Origin: Chelativorans sp.
GTDB taxonomy: Bacteria; Pseudomonadota; Alphaproteobacteria; Rhizobiales; Rhizobiaceae
NCBI RefSeq assembly: GCF_031180965.1
Contig: NZ_JAPSLH010000005.1
Coordinates: forward strand, 150,284-214,283
Length of the DNA stretch: 64,000 nucleotides
Reading direction: 5' to 3'
Shown here: positions 1-10,220 of the stretch, one piece after another
Layout of the letters: every line of letters starts with the position of its first letter
How positions within the stretch are numbered: position 1 is the stretch's first letter
Program-made: the position numbers and the translations under genes
The notes under the pieces: generated by a model
Database searches by the model: none
Told to the model about the DNA's origin: nothing
What the model saw: only the letters and a program-made list of their open reading frames with translations

Positions 1-374
1 TCGATGCTGTTGAAGGCGTTGTCGGGCGTGGCGGCCGCCGCGCCCTTCAGCACCATCTTGATGCCGTTGTAATCCGGCGGATTGTGGCTGGCGGTGACCA
101 TAAGGCCGGCATCGGCGCCCGAGCGGGCGGTATGGAAGTAGACTTCCTCGGTGCCGCACTGGCCGACGGGCAGCACGTCGACGCCGCTGTCCAAGAGACC
201 CTGCGTCAGCGCGCCGGCAAGGGCCGGACTGTCGAGCCGCATGTCGTGCCCGATGACCACCGCCTTCGTCCCCAGCGCCTCCTTCAGCGCTTGGGCGAAG
301 CGGTAAGCGAAAGGCGTGTTGATTTCCTCCGGAATACGGCCGCGGACATCATAGGCCTTGAAGGGAGCGCTCAT
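1..374 (-). CDS. phosphomannomutase/phosphoglucomutase (alpha-D-phosphohexomutase), N-terminal part; gene runs off left edge
   Basis: Own reverse-strand translation from the ATG at 374: MSAPFKAYDVRGRIPEEINTPFAYRFAQALKEALGTKAVVIGHDMRLDSP...GLMVTASHNPPDYNGIKMV. TASHNP is the phosphoserine loop of this family. Absent from the ORF track because it is truncated by the window edge. Confidence 0.85.
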   Translation of the reverse strand, partial: MSAPFKAYDVRGRIPEEINTPFAYRFAQALKEALGTKAVVIGHDMRLDSPALAGALTQGLLDSGVDVLPVGQCGTEEVYFHTARSGADAGLMVTASHNPPDYNGIKMVLKGAAAATPDNAFNSI

Positions 375-567
375 GCGACAACTGTCTCCTGGTCTGGCGT
401 GACGGTTTCACTGTTAGAGATGAAGCTTTGGCGACGCAAATGCGAAGAAGCAGCGGCAGATCACCGAGCATGAACAATGCTCGCAAGAGATTGAACGTTC
501 CTTGCTGTTGCGAAACGGCCCGCCCGCGCCTATTCACCGCAAGGGTTTGAAGGGCAAGGCAGGTCTC

Positions 568-1683
568 ATGCAATTCATCGATCTCGGCGCGCAGCGCGAG
601 CGTATCCAGGACAGGCTGGAAAGAAGACTGGCCAAGGTGCTGGCCGAAGGACGCTATATCCTCGGGCCCGAGGTCGCCGAATTCGAGGAGAAGATGGCCG
701 ACTATCTTGGCGTGAAGCACGCCGTCGCCTGCGCGAACGGCACGGACGCGCTGCTGATCCCGCTGATGGCAGGAGGCATCGGCCCGGGTGACGCGGTCTT
801 CGTGCCGAGCTTCACTTTTGCGGCCACCGCTGAAGTGGTGGCGCTGGCGGGCGCTTCGCCCGTCTTCGTCGATGTCAACGCAGACACCTACAACATCGAC
901 CTTGCGAGCCTCGAGGCGGCAATTGCCGCTGTCCGCGAGGAGGGAAAACTCGCGCCCAAGGCGGTCATTCCCGTCGACCTTTTCGGCCTTGCGGCCGACT
1001 ATGCCGGCATCTGCAGCGTAGCGGCGCGTGAAGGCTTGTTCGTGATTGAAGATGCCGCGCAGGCCGTCGGCGGCTCCTCGGGCAACACGATGTGCGGCGC
1101 CTTCGGCGATGTGGCCGGCACCAGCTTTTATCCGGCCAAGCCCCTCGGCTGCTATGGCGATGGCGGCGCCATGTTCACCAATGACGGCGAGCTTGCGGAG
1201 ATCCTCCGCTCCATCGCATTCCACGGCAAGGGCAAGAGCCAGTACGACAATGTGCGGGTCGGACTGAATTCGAGGCTCGACACCATTCAGGCGGCGGTCT
1301 TGCTGGAGAAGCTTGCGATCCTGCCCGAGGAGATGGAAGCGCGCCAGCAGGTGGCGGCGCGCTACAACGATGGCCTCAGCGATGTCGTGAAGGTCCCGGC
1401 GGTTCCGGCGGGCAATCGCTCCGCCTGGGCGCAATATGCCATCGAGACGCCGGCGCGGGACGCCGTGCGGGCGCGCCTCAAGGAAGAGGGCATCCCCTCC
1501 GTCGTCTATTACGAGAAGCCGCTTCACGTGCAGGAGGCCTATGCCGCCTACCCGCGCACGCCGGAGGGGCTTCCCGTTTCGGAAAGCCTCCCCGATCGCA
1601 TACTTTGCCTGCCGATGCACCCTTATCTTTCCGAGGCCGACCAGGACCGCATCGTTTCGGTCATCCGCGCCGCGGTTAAATAG
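568..1683 (+). CDS. DegT/DnrJ/EryC1/StrS-family PLP-dependent sugar aminotransferase
   Basis: ORF 502..1683. Family-typical N-terminus MQFIDLGAQRERIQDRLERRLAKVLAEGRYILGPEVAEFEEKMADYLGVKHAVACANGTDAL starts at the internal ATG at 568. Divergent from the phosphomannomutase gene. Confidence 0.85.
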   Translation: MQFIDLGAQRERIQDRLERRLAKVLAEGRYILGPEVAEFEEKMADYLGVKHAVACANGTDALLIPLMAGGIGPGDAVFVPSFTFAATAEVVALAGASPVFVDVNADTYNIDLASLEAAIAAVREEGKLAPKAVIPVDLFGLAADYAGICSVAAREGLFVIEDAAQAVGGSSGNTMCGAFGDVAGTSFYPAKPLGCYGDGGAMFTNDGELAEILRSIAFHGKGKSQYDNVRVGLNSRLDTIQAAVLLEKLAILPEEMEARQQVAARYNDGLSDVVKVPAVPAGNRSAWAQYAIETPARDAVRARLKEEGIPSVVYYEKPLHVQEAYAAYPRTPEGLPVSESLPDRILCLPMHPYLSEADQDRIVSVIRAAVK

Positions 1684-1980
1684 GGGCAGACCCCTCCCTC
1701 TTCTTGGCAGAGTGGTGAACGAAGCGAGCGGGGTGGGGCGCAAGGTCGAGTTCGGCTTCTCCACCCCATCCCCTCCGCTTGCGGCCCGATCCCCATCCAA
1801 GGGGGGATGAGCCCCTCCGGAAGAACTTTCCCCATTCCGCTCGAACGGCGCAAAATGCAGGATTCATCAGGGGGAGCGTTTAGTTTTGCCCGCCTTGAGA
1901 GCGCTGGCGGCGCAATGATATTTCCTTGTCTACTGACATTCGGCGCAGCGCGCCCAAGAACATAGACGAAGGTCCGATCA

Positions 1981-2886
1981 ATGCCGGCACCGCTCACCCA
2001 CCTCCAGCGCCTGGAAGCCGAGACGATCCATATTATGCGCGAGGTGGCGGCGAATTTCTCCAAGCCGGTGATGCTCTATTCCATCGGGAAGGACTCCTCG
2101 GTGCTCCTGCATCTGGCGATGAAGGCCTTCTATCCGGCCAAGCCGCCTTTCCCCTTCCTCCATGTCGACACGACCTGGAAGTTCAAGGAGATGATCGCCT
2201 TTCGCGACCGCATGGCGGCGGAACTCGGCTTCGATCTCCTGGTGCACATCAATGAGGAAGGCGTGCGCGAGGGGATCAATCCCTTCGACCATGGCTCGAA
2301 CGTCCATACCCACATCATGAAGACCGTGGCGCTGCGCCAGGCGCTCGACAAATACGGCTTCGACGCGGCCTTCGGCGGCGCGCGCCGCGATGAGGAGAAG
2401 AGCCGGGCAAAGGAGCGCATCTTTTCCTTCCGCACGGCGAACCACACCTGGGATCCGAAGAACCAGCGGCCCGAGATGTGGAAGATCTACAACACGCGCG
2501 TCGCCCCGGGCGAATCGATCCGCGTCTTCCCGCTGTCCAATTGGACCGAGCTCGATATCTGGCAGTACATCCTGCAGGAAGAGATACCCATCGTACCGCT
2601 TTATTTCGCCAAGAGACGCCCAGTGGTGGACCGCGGCGGCATGACCATCATGGTCGATGACGAGCGCATGAAGCTCCTGCCCGGCGAGAGGATCGAGGAG
2701 CGGATGGTCCGCTTCCGCACGCTCGGCTGCTACCCGCTGACCGGCGCCATCGACTCGGATGCCACCACGCTCGAGGAGATCGTGGCGGAAATGCTGACCG
2801 CGCGCACCTCCGAGCGCCAGGGCCGCCTCATCGACCGAGACGAGGCGGGGTCGATGGAAAAGAAGAAGCGCGAAGGGTATTTCTGA
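1981..2886 (+). CDS. cysD: sulfate adenylyltransferase subunit 2
   Basis: 301 aa; [45 protein letters not shown] is the PAPS-reductase-fold CysD/NodP signature. Its stop overlaps the next start (TGATG). Confidence 0.95.
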   Translation: MPAPLTHLQRLEAETIHIMREVAANFSKPVMLYSIGKDSSVLLHLAMKAFYPAKPPFPFLHVDTTWKFKEMIAFRDRMAAELGFDLLVHINEEGVREGINPFDHGSNVHTHIMKTVALRQALDKYGFDAAFGGARRDEEKSRAKERIFSFRTANHTWDPKNQRPEMWKIYNTRVAPGESIRVFPLSNWTELDIWQYILQEEIPIVPLYFAKRRPVVDRGGMTIMVDDERMKLLPGERIEERMVRFRTLGCYPLTGAIDSDATTLEEIVAEMLTARTSERQGRLIDRDEAGSMEKKKREGYF

Positions 2887-4805
2887 TGCTGAAGGTCAAC
2901 ACCGCCGCGCTGCTTGAGCCGGAGATCGAAGAGCCGGATATCCGTTCCTACCTTGCGGGGCAGGAGAAGAAGACGCTTCTTCGCTTTCTTACCTGCGGCT
3001 CGGTGGACGACGGCAAGTCGACCCTGATCGGGCGGCTTCTCTATGACACCAAGCTCATCTTCGAGGACCAGCTCGCCGCGCTGGAGCAGGATTCCAAGCG
3101 CCACGGCACCAACGGCAACGAGATCGACTTCGCCCTCCTGGTCGACGGGCTCGAGGCCGAGCGCCAGCAGGGCATCACCATCGATGTCGCCTACCGTTTT
3201 TTTTCCACGCCGAAACGCAAATTCATCGTCGCCGACACGCCGGGCCACGAGCAATATACGCGCAATATGGCGACCGGCGCCTCCACCGCCGATCTTGCGG
3301 TCGTGCTGGTCGATGCGCGCCAAGGCATCCTCCAGCAGACGCGCCGGCATTCGATCATCGCCGCGCTGCTCGGGATCCGTCATATCGTCCTCGCCGTGAA
3401 CAAGATCGATCTCGTCGATTTCGACGAACAGGTCTTTACCCGCATCGTCGCCGACTATGAGGACTTCGCCAAAGATCTGGGATTTGCGTCGATCGTGCCG
3501 GTCCCCATCTCTGCGCGCCATGGCGACAACGTCACGCAGCTTTCCGAGAGAACGACCTGGTACACAGGCCCGTCCTTGATCGAGCATCTGGAGACGGTGG
3601 ATGTGGAACCGAAGATCGGTGAGCAGCCCTTCCGCTTTCCCGTGCAATATGTGAGCCGCCCCAATCTGGATTTCCGCGGCTTTTCCGGCACGATCGCCTC
3701 GGGCACCGTTTTCGTGGGCGACGAGGTGACCGTCGCCAAGTCCGGCCGGCATACTCGGGTAAAGCGGATCGTCACCTATGACGGCGATCGTCGCAGCGCC
3801 TCAGAAGGCCAGGCGGTCACACTGGTGCTGGAGGACGAGGTGGAGGTCTCGCGCGGCGAGATGCTGGCCTCGCCGCAGGCCCGTCCGCAGGTGACTGATC
3901 AGTTCGCGGCCAATCTCGTCTGGTTCGATGAGCATCCGCTGCTGCCCGGCCGCGCCTATATCCTGCGCACCGAAACGGACCAGGTGAGCGCCACGGTCAC
4001 CCAGTTGAAGCACCGGGTGAACATCAACAATTTCGCCCATGAGGCGGCGAAGTGCCTGGAGCTCAACGCGGTCGGGGTGTGCAATTTCTCGCTCCAGTCG
4101 CCCGTCGCCTTCGACCCGTTCCAGGAGAACCGCTCGACCGGTTCCTTCATCCTCATCGACCGGGTGACGAATGCTACCGTAGCGGCGGGCATGATCCTGC
4201 ATCCGCTGCGCCGCGCGGCGAACATCCACTGGCAGGCGCTGGACGTCACCAAGGCGTCGCGAGCGGCGATCAAGCATCAGAAGCCGGCCGTGCTCTGGTT
4301 CACCGGCCTCTCCGGCTCCGGCAAATCGACCATCGCCAATCTTCTGGAAAAGAAGCTGCATGCCGCCGGCCGCCACACCTATATCCTCGACGGCGACAAT
4401 GTGCGCCACGGGCTCAACCGCGATCTCGGCTTCACCGAGGAGGATCGCGTCGAGAACATCCGCCGTGTCGCCGAGGTGGCGCGCCTGATGGCTGACGCCG
4501 GGCTGATCGTGCTCGTCTCCTTCATCTCGCCTTTCCGCGCCGAACGCCGCATGGCGCGCGAGCTGATGGGCGAGGGCGAGTTCGTGGAGGTGTTCGTGGA
4601 CACCCCCTTCGAGGAATGCGCCAGGCGCGACCCGAAGGGCCTCTACGCGCGGGCCCTCAAAGGCGAACTCAAGAACTTCACCGGCGTGGATTCCCCCTAC
4701 GAAGCGCCCGAGCGCCCCGACATCCACTTGCAGACCGCCGCCCGGTCGGCCGAAGATATGGCGGACGAGTTGGAAACGTGGCTGCGGGAGCGCGGTTATT
4801 GCTGA
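2886..4805 (+). CDS. cysNC: bifunctional sulfate adenylyltransferase subunit 1 / adenylylsulfate (APS) kinase (CysN-CysC fusion, NodQ type)
   Basis: 639 aa. N-terminal GTPase motifs ([22 protein letters not shown]). C-terminal APS-kinase P-loop ([14 protein letters not shown]). Confidence 0.95.
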   Translation: MLKVNTAALLEPEIEEPDIRSYLAGQEKKTLLRFLTCGSVDDGKSTLIGRLLYDTKLIFEDQLAALEQDSKRHGTNGNEIDFALLVDGLEAERQQGITIDVAYRFFSTPKRKFIVADTPGHEQYTRNMATGASTADLAVVLVDARQGILQQTRRHSIIAALLGIRHIVLAVNKIDLVDFDEQVFTRIVADYEDFAKDLGFASIVPVPISARHGDNVTQLSERTTWYTGPSLIEHLETVDVEPKIGEQPFRFPVQYVSRPNLDFRGFSGTIASGTVFVGDEVTVAKSGRHTRVKRIVTYDGDRRSASEGQAVTLVLEDEVEVSRGEMLASPQARPQVTDQFAANLVWFDEHPLLPGRAYILRTETDQVSATVTQLKHRVNINNFAHEAAKCLELNAVGVCNFSLQSPVAFDPFQENRSTGSFILIDRVTNATVAAGMILHPLRRAANIHWQALDVTKASRAAIKHQKPAVLWFTGLSGSGKSTIANLLEKKLHAAGRHTYILDGDNVRHGLNRDLGFTEEDRVENIRRVAEVARLMADAGLIVLVSFISPFRAERRMARELMGEGEFVEVFVDTPFEECARRDPKGLYARALKGELKNFTGVDSPYEAPERPDIHLQTAARSAEDMADELETWLRERGYC

Positions 4806-5617
4806 GCCAGACCAGGCGACTGTTCGAAGACGAGGAGGCGCTCCTGGCGCTCTTCGAGGATCTGGCGCTCGCCGCCGGGCGCCAGATCATGAAGCACTAC
4901 GAGGCGGGAGTGCGCGTCGAGGAAAAGCCCGACGCCTCGCCGGTGACCGAGGCCGACCGCACGGCCGAACGCGTGATCCTTGAAGGCCTGCGCGGCACCC
5001 TTGCCGGCGCACCCTGCGTTTCGGAGGAGGAAGCTTCGGGCGGCGTCCTGCCGGTCTGTGGCGACGACGGCTTTCTCCTCGTCGACCCGCTCGACGGCAC
5101 GCGCGAGTTCATCGAGCGCCGGCCGGACTTCACCGTGAACATCGCGCTGGTGAGGGAGGGCGTACCAGTGGCCGGCGTGGTCTATGCTCCCGCGCGGGAG
5201 CTTCTTTATTCCGGACGGCCGGGTTCGGCGTTCGAAGCGGAAATCCGCGCCGGCGCGATAGTCGAACGCCGGGCGATCCATGTGCGCCCGCGGCGCGTGC
5301 CGCTCACCATCCTGGCGAGCCGCTCGCATCGCACGAAGGAGACCGACGACTTCATCGCCCGTCATCCGGGAGCCGAAATCACCTCCATCGGCTCCTCGCT
5401 GAAATTCTGCATGATTGCGCGCGGGGAGGCCGATCTCTACCCGCGCTTCGGCCGCACCATGCAGTGGGACACGGCGGCGGGCGATGCGGTGCTGCGGGCG
5501 GCAGGCGGCCGCACGCTGACGCTGGAAGGCATGCCGCTGACCTACGGGCCGAAGGGAGGCGAGGGGCTGGAGGCTTTCGTCAACCCGGATTTCCTCGCGG
5601 AGGGGCGGGCAGGTTAG
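4799..5617 (+). CDS. cysQ: 3'(2'),5'-bisphosphate nucleotidase (PAP phosphatase)
   Basis: Inositol-monophosphatase-fold motifs [23 protein letters not shown] and [15 protein letters not shown]. The track ORF starts inside cysNC. The start was placed at the in-frame TTG at 4799, just before the cysNC stop; the exact start is uncertain. Confidence 0.8.
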   Translation: MLSQTRRLFEDEEALLALFEDLALAAGRQIMKHYEAGVRVEEKPDASPVTEADRTAERVILEGLRGTLAGAPCVSEEEASGGVLPVCGDDGFLLVDPLDGTREFIERRPDFTVNIALVREGVPVAGVVYAPARELLYSGRPGSAFEAEIRAGAIVERRAIHVRPRRVPLTILASRSHRTKETDDFIARHPGAEITSIGSSLKFCMIARGEADLYPRFGRTMQWDTAAGDAVLRAAGGRTLTLEGMPLTYGPKGGEGLEAFVNPDFLAEGRAG

Positions 5618-5620
5618 GTC

Positions 5621-6541
5621 TCACACCTCGCTCGCCCACGGCGGATTGGCGCCGGCGCGCGAGACGGTGATCGCGGCGACGCGCGTGGCAAAGGAAAGCG
5701 CCTCGCGCACCGCATCCTCCCGAAGGGCGGCAAGGCGCTCCTTCGTCAGGAGGCCGCTCTTGCGAAGGGCGGCAAGAACCCCGGCATTGAAGGCGTCGCC
5801 CGCACCGACGGTGTCGACCACATCGACGCTGAGGGCCCCGATGATGAAGCTTCCGCCCTTCCAGTAGGCGGCCGCGCCGCTGGCCCCGCTGGTGACGATC
5901 ACGAGCTTGGCCCCGCCGGCGAGCAGCACCTGCGCCGCTTCTCCCTTGGAGGCCGGCTCGCCGAACCAGGCGAGATCCTCCTCGGAAATCTTCAGGATAT
6001 CCGCTTTCGCCATCATGCGCCGCATCCGCGCCTTGTGCGCCTTGGCATCCCCGATGAAGGCAGGCCGGATGTTTGGGTCCAGCATGATCACGCGCGAGGC
6101 GCTCTCGCGAGTCATGAGCGTTTCATAGGTGCTGCCGCAGGGCTCGGTGGCCAGGCTTATGCCGCCGAAGAGCAGCGCCTCGACTTCGGCGCCAAGATTC
6201 GGAAGGTCGGCTTCCGACAGCATGCGTCCGGCGGTGTTCTCGTCGTAGAAAAAATAGCTCGCCTGGCCGTCTTTCAGCGTGACGAAGGCCAGCGTGGTCG
6301 GCAGGCTGGAGATTTTGGCATGCGTCAGGTCGACCTTGCTTGCCAGCAGCGCCTCCTGCAGCCTGGCACCGAAAAGGTCGTCAGACAGCCCGGAGAAGAA
6401 GGAGACGGGCGCATCCAGCCTGCCGAGCGCCAGGGCGCTGTTGAAGACCGAGCCGCCCACATGGGGCACGAACGAGCTTTCACCCTCCGCCGTCTCGCGC
6501 GGAATCATGTCGATCAGCGCTTCTCCGCAGCACAGAATCAT
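5621..6541 (-). CDS. frk: PfkB-family carbohydrate kinase, fructokinase-like
   Basis: 306 aa; MILCCGEALIDMIPRE...GGSVFNSALALGRL and C-terminal DTVGAGDAFNAG (PfkB signature). Next to the fructose ABC locus. Confidence 0.8.
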   Translation of the reverse strand: MILCCGEALIDMIPRETAEGESSFVPHVGGSVFNSALALGRLDAPVSFFSGLSDDLFGARLQEALLASKVDLTHAKISSLPTTLAFVTLKDGQASYFFYDENTAGRMLSEADLPNLGAEVEALLFGGISLATEPCGSTYETLMTRESASRVIMLDPNIRPAFIGDAKAHKARMRRMMAKADILKISEEDLAWFGEPASKGEAAQVLLAGGAKLVIVTSGASGAAAYWKGGSFIIGALSVDVVDTVGAGDAFNAGVLAALRKSGLLTKERLAALREDAVREALSFATRVAAITVSRAGANPPWASEV

Positions 6542-6576
6542 CCTCGTATCCTTTCCGCCGCAATGGAAATGGTCGC

Positions 6577-7803
6577 TCAGCTATAGCCGTTCACGGCCGA
6601 TTGCGCACCGACAAGGAAGCGGTCGGCAAGCGGCAGGCTGGCGCCGCCCAATGCCCGCGCGTGATGCCCGACGGTGCCCTCGCGTATCTGCGGAAGGATG
6701 AGCCCCTCCGAATCGAGCGTGGCGGCGTGCTCCGTGCTGCGCCGCACGATCTCGGCGCGCACCGGAAGGGGCAGCCAGCCGTCGATGATCGCCGACTGGA
6801 AATCGATGACGGCGGCGGCCGAGACGATGGCATGGGCAAGGCCCCGCGCTGCCCCGTCCATCCAGCGGTCGAGCTCGGGTCCCAGATCGCCCCAATCCTC
6901 CGGCGATGTCCACAGGTGCCCGGCCTCCTCGCCGCGCGCGATCAGGGCGCGTTCGAGCACGCTGATGGACGCGACGTCGATGAGCTGGCGGATCGCTCCG
7001 TCCGGCGCCGGCACCGGCAGCGAGCCGAGCGCGCCGGCATTGCCCGTCCGGCCGCTGAAGAGCCGGCCACCGAGCGCGACGCCGCCGCCGACAAAGGCGC
7101 CGAGATAGAAATAGATGAAATCCCCCTGCGGCGGCGGACTGCCGAAGACGAGCTCGGCGCCGCAGGCTGAGGTGGCGTCGTTTTGCAGATAGACGGGAAA
7201 GGACAGGCGTTCGGCAAAAGCGGCGCGGATGTCGATCCGTTTCCATCCGTCCATGGCGCCGGGCGGTGCGCCGGCCGCATCGGCCCAGTTCCACAGCTCG
7301 AAGGGTATGGCAATGCCGAGGCCGGCCACGCGGCGCCATTCGCGAGGGTCGATGCTCGCCGCCATCGCCTCGATATCCTGCATGACGAAGCGAATCGTCT
7401 CGTCCGGGGTGGGATAGGCGTATGAATGCTGGCGCATGCGGCGGATCGCGCCGCAGAAATCGATGAGGGCCAGTTCCGAGCTGCGTCGGCCGATCTTCAG
7501 GCCGAGGAAGAAGGCTCCCTCCGGGTTGAGCCGCATGGGGATGGAAGGCTGGCCGACCCTGCCGCGCTGCGGATCGCCGCGGACAAGCAGCCGGTCGGCT
7601 TCGAGCCGGCGCATGATGACGGAGACCGTCTGCGCCGAAAGCCCGGTCATCCGGGCGAGATCCGCTTTGGCCAAGCTCCCATGCTGGCGCACGAGGGAAA
7701 GCACGAGCCGCTCGTTATAGTCGCGCATGCCGCTCTGGTTGGTGCCCAGATTGGGCCGCGCCACCCGCCCGCCCTCGCTCTCCCTGGCAAAGCCGCCTTC
7801 CAC
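6577..7803 (-). CDS. ROK-family transcriptional regulator
   Basis: 408 aa. N-terminal wHTH (MRDYNERLVLSLVRQHGSLAKADLARMTGLSAQTVSVIMRRLEADRLL) followed by a ROK sugar-kinase-like fold. Divergent from frcB. Confidence 0.85.
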   Translation of the reverse strand: MEGGFARESEGGRVARPNLGTNQSGMRDYNERLVLSLVRQHGSLAKADLARMTGLSAQTVSVIMRRLEADRLLVRGDPQRGRVGQPSIPMRLNPEGAFFLGLKIGRRSSELALIDFCGAIRRMRQHSYAYPTPDETIRFVMQDIEAMAASIDPREWRRVAGLGIAIPFELWNWADAAGAPPGAMDGWKRIDIRAAFAERLSFPVYLQNDATSACGAELVFGSPPPQGDFIYFYLGAFVGGGVALGGRLFSGRTGNAGALGSLPVPAPDGAIRQLIDVASISVLERALIARGEEAGHLWTSPEDWGDLGPELDRWMDGAARGLAHAIVSAAAVIDFQSAIIDGWLPLPVRAEIVRRSTEHAATLDSEGLILPQIREGTVGHHARALGGASLPLADRFLVGAQSAVNGYS

Positions 7804-7856
7804 GCCAAACGTCCTCCCGCGGGATTTGGCGCAGAATGGTGCTGGCCGTGGCGTAA

Positions 7857-7891
7857 GTCAATAAATAAATAAGAGTGATTTATATATTGAC
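7857..7891. promoter_or_regulatory. 14-bp imperfect inverted repeat (candidate ROK-regulator operator) in the ROK/frcB divergent promoter region
   Basis: GTCAATAAATAAAT-aagagtg-ATTTATATATTGAC. The arms are reverse complements with 1 mismatch in 14. This is the only strongly AT-rich stretch in the intergenic region. Confidence 0.6.
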
Positions 7892-7983
7892 AGGGAGCGC
7901 GCAGTCCTGTTTGCTCTGGCTCACGGTGCCTTTGCTTGTCAAAGCCCTGGCGCCGCGGAGGCCAAATTCTCGGGAGGAAGATT

Positions 7984-9012
7984 GTGAACTACGCGCTACT
8001 GAAATCGACTGCACTAGCCATCGCCGGTGCAGCGCTCTTCGGCTTTTCCGGACCGGCTGCCGCCCAGAATGCGGGCGCCTGCCTGATCACCAAGACCGAT
8101 ATCAATCCCTTCTTCGTCAAGATGAAGGAGGGCGCCACGGCCAAGGCGCAGGAGCTGGGCGTCCAGCTTTCGACCTATGCCGGGAAGGTGGACGGGGATC
8201 ACGAGACGCAGGTCCAGGCCATTGAGACCTGCATCGCTTCCGGCGCCAAGGGCATTCTGATCGCTGCTTCCGACACAAAGGCGATCGTGCCCGTCGTGCA
8301 GAAGGCGCGCGATGCCGGCCTGCTGGTGATCGCCCTCGATACGCCGCTGGAGCCGATCGACGCGGCCGATGCCACCTTCGCCACCGACAACTTCAAGGCC
8401 GGCGAACTGATCGGCAAATGGGCCGCCGCGACCCTGGGCGACGAGGCGCAGAATGCCAAGATCGCCATGCTCGACCTGACGCCGAGCCAGCCTTCGGTCG
8501 ACGTGCTGCGCGACCAGGGCTTCATGACCGGCTTCGGCATCGACGCGAAGGACGCCAATGTGATTGGCGATGAGGACGATCCGCGCATTGTCGGCCATGA
8601 CATTACCAACGGCAATGAGGAGGGCGGCCGCAAGGCCATGGAAAACCTCCTGCAGCGCGATCCGGAGATCAATGTCGTCTATACGATCAACGAGCCGGCC
8701 GCTGCCGGCGCCTATGAGGCGCTGCAGTCCTTCGGCAAGACGGACGTGCTGATCGTCTCGGTCGACGGTGGCTGCCCGGGCGTTCAGAACGTCAAGGAGG
8801 GCATCATTGGCGCCACCTCGCAGCAATACCCGCTGCTGATGGCCTCCCTCGGCATCGAGGCGATCGCCAAATTCGCCGAGACCGGCGAGAAGCCGAAGCC
8901 GACCGAGGGCCTCGACTTCTTCGATACGGGCGTGAACCTTGTCACCGACAAGCCGGTGGAGGGCGTCGAGTCGATCAATTCCGAGGAGGGGCTGGCCCGC
9001 TGCTGGGGCTAG
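7984..9012 (+). CDS. frcB: sugar (fructose-type) ABC transporter periplasmic binding protein
   Basis: ORF 7936..9012. GTG at 7984 is preceded by GGGAGGAAG. Signal peptide ...[12 protein letters not shown]. Type-I periplasmic binding fold ([17 protein letters not shown]...). Gene order B-C-A as in the rhizobial frc locus. Confidence 0.8.
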   Translation: MNYALLKSTALAIAGAALFGFSGPAAAQNAGACLITKTDINPFFVKMKEGATAKAQELGVQLSTYAGKVDGDHETQVQAIETCIASGAKGILIAASDTKAIVPVVQKARDAGLLVIALDTPLEPIDAADATFATDNFKAGELIGKWAAATLGDEAQNAKIAMLDLTPSQPSVDVLRDQGFMTGFGIDAKDANVIGDEDDPRIVGHDITNGNEEGGRKAMENLLQRDPEINVVYTINEPAAAGAYEALQSFGKTDVLIVSVDGGCPGVQNVKEGIIGATSQQYPLLMASLGIEAIAKFAETGEKPKPTEGLDFFDTGVNLVTDKPVEGVESINSEEGLARCWG

Positions 9013-9040
9013 GCTTTCGCCGGGGTGCAAACGAGATGAC

Positions 9041-9062
9041 GGGCGGCGGCTTCCTGCCGCCC
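9041..9062 (+). other. intercistronic GC hairpin after the binding-protein gene
   Basis: GGGCGGC-ggcttcct-GCCGCCC; 7-bp perfect stem between frcB and frcC. Confidence 0.4.
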
Positions 9063-9137
9063 CCGCGCCTTGATCGGCCTGTTTGACCCCGGCATCTTTT
9101 TCCGGTCACACTCGTCCCGAGGCTGGGAGGATCGACG

Positions 9138-10220
9138 ATGAGCGAGGCGGGCACCGCAGCACGCGGACGGCAGGGATTTGAGGAGGCGGTCGACGGCGGC
9201 GATGATGCCGTGGCCGCCTTCGAGGGGCATGAGAAGACGCTGCTCGACCGGCTGCAGCACTTCCTCCACGCCAACCCCACGATGGTGCCGGTCATCGTGC
9301 TCCTGCTCAGCATTGCCGCTTTCGGCATCGTCGCTGGCGGCCGCTTCTTCAGCGCCTTCAACCTGTCGCTGGTCATGCAGCAGGTGTCCATCATCGGCAT
9401 TCTCGCCGCGGCGCAGAGCCTGGTGATCCTCACCGCCGGTATTGATCTTTCGGTCGGCGCCATCATGGTGCTGATCTCCGTGATCATGGGCAATCTGGCC
9501 GTCAAGATGGGCGTGCCGGTGGGGCTCGCCATCCTGGTGGGGCTCCTCTGCGGAACGCTGGCCGGCATGCTGAACGGGCTCCTCGTGACCCGTATAAAGC
9601 TGCCGCCCTTCATCGTGACGCTCGGCACCTGGAACATCTTTTTCGCGCTCAATATCTGGCTCTCCGGGGCGCAGTCGATCCGCAGCCAGGAGATCGACGC
9701 GACGGCGCCGGCTCTCAAATGGTTCGGCGAAAGCATCGGGATTGCCGGCGCGCAATTTACCTATGGCTCGATCCTGATGCTCATCATCTTCGCCGTGCTC
9801 TGGTATGTGCTGAACCGCACCGCCTGGGGCCGGCACGTCTATGCGGTGGGCGACGACAAGGAAGCGGCCGAACTTGCCGGCATCCGCACCAACAGGACCT
9901 TGGTGCAGGTCTATGCGGTGGCCGGCTTAGTGTGCGCCATCGGCGCCTGGGCGGCGATCGGCCGCGTGGGTTCGGTCTCGCCGCAGAGCTTTCAGGAAGC
10001 CAATCTGCAGTCGATCACCGCCGTGGTGATCGGCGGCATCTCGCTCTTCGGCGGGCGCGGCTCCATCGTCGGGCCGCTGATGGGGGCGCTGATCGTCGGC
10101 GTCTTCAACTCGGGTCTCAGGCTTGCGGGGGTGGATGTGCTGTGGCAGGTCTTCGCCATCGGCTGGCTGACCATCATTGCCGTCGCGCTCGACCAGTGGA
10201 TCAGGAAGGTATCGTCATGA
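9138..10220 (+). CDS. frcC: sugar ABC transporter permease
   Basis: 360 aa, multi-pass hydrophobic, RbsC/AraH-type permease pattern. Its stop overlaps the next start (ATGA). Confidence 0.85.
   Translation: MSEAGTAARGRQGFEEAVDGGDDAVAAFEGHEKTLLDRLQHFLHANPTMVPVIVLLLSIAAFGIVAGGRFFSAFNLSLVMQQVSIIGILAAAQSLVILTAGIDLSVGAIMVLISVIMGNLAVKMGVPVGLAILVGLLCGTLAGMLNGLLVTRIKLPPFIVTLGTWNIFFALNIWLSGAQSIRSQEIDATAPALKWFGESIGIAGAQFTYGSILMLIIFAVLWYVLNRTAWGRHVYAVGDDKEAAELAGIRTNRTLVQVYAVAGLVCAIGAWAAIGRVGSVSPQSFQEANLQSITAVVIGGISLFGGRGSIVGPLMGALIVGVFNSGLRLAGVDVLWQVFAIGWLTIIAVALDQWIRKVSS

Noticed and set aside
349-1800. 483-aa minus-strand ORF covering the DegT gene
   Set aside because: It is antisense to a gene with a clear family signature. 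The translation is Arg/Ala/Gly-rich with no recognisable motifs. This is the typical shadow ORF of GC-rich DNA.
1684-1980. G-tract/C-tract-rich 296-bp cysD leader as a RIME-like repeat element or riboswitch
   Set aside because: Only short (5-7 bp) complementary segments could be found by eye. There is no second copy in the window for comparison and no recognisable riboswitch core. It is mentioned only as context in the PAPS finding.
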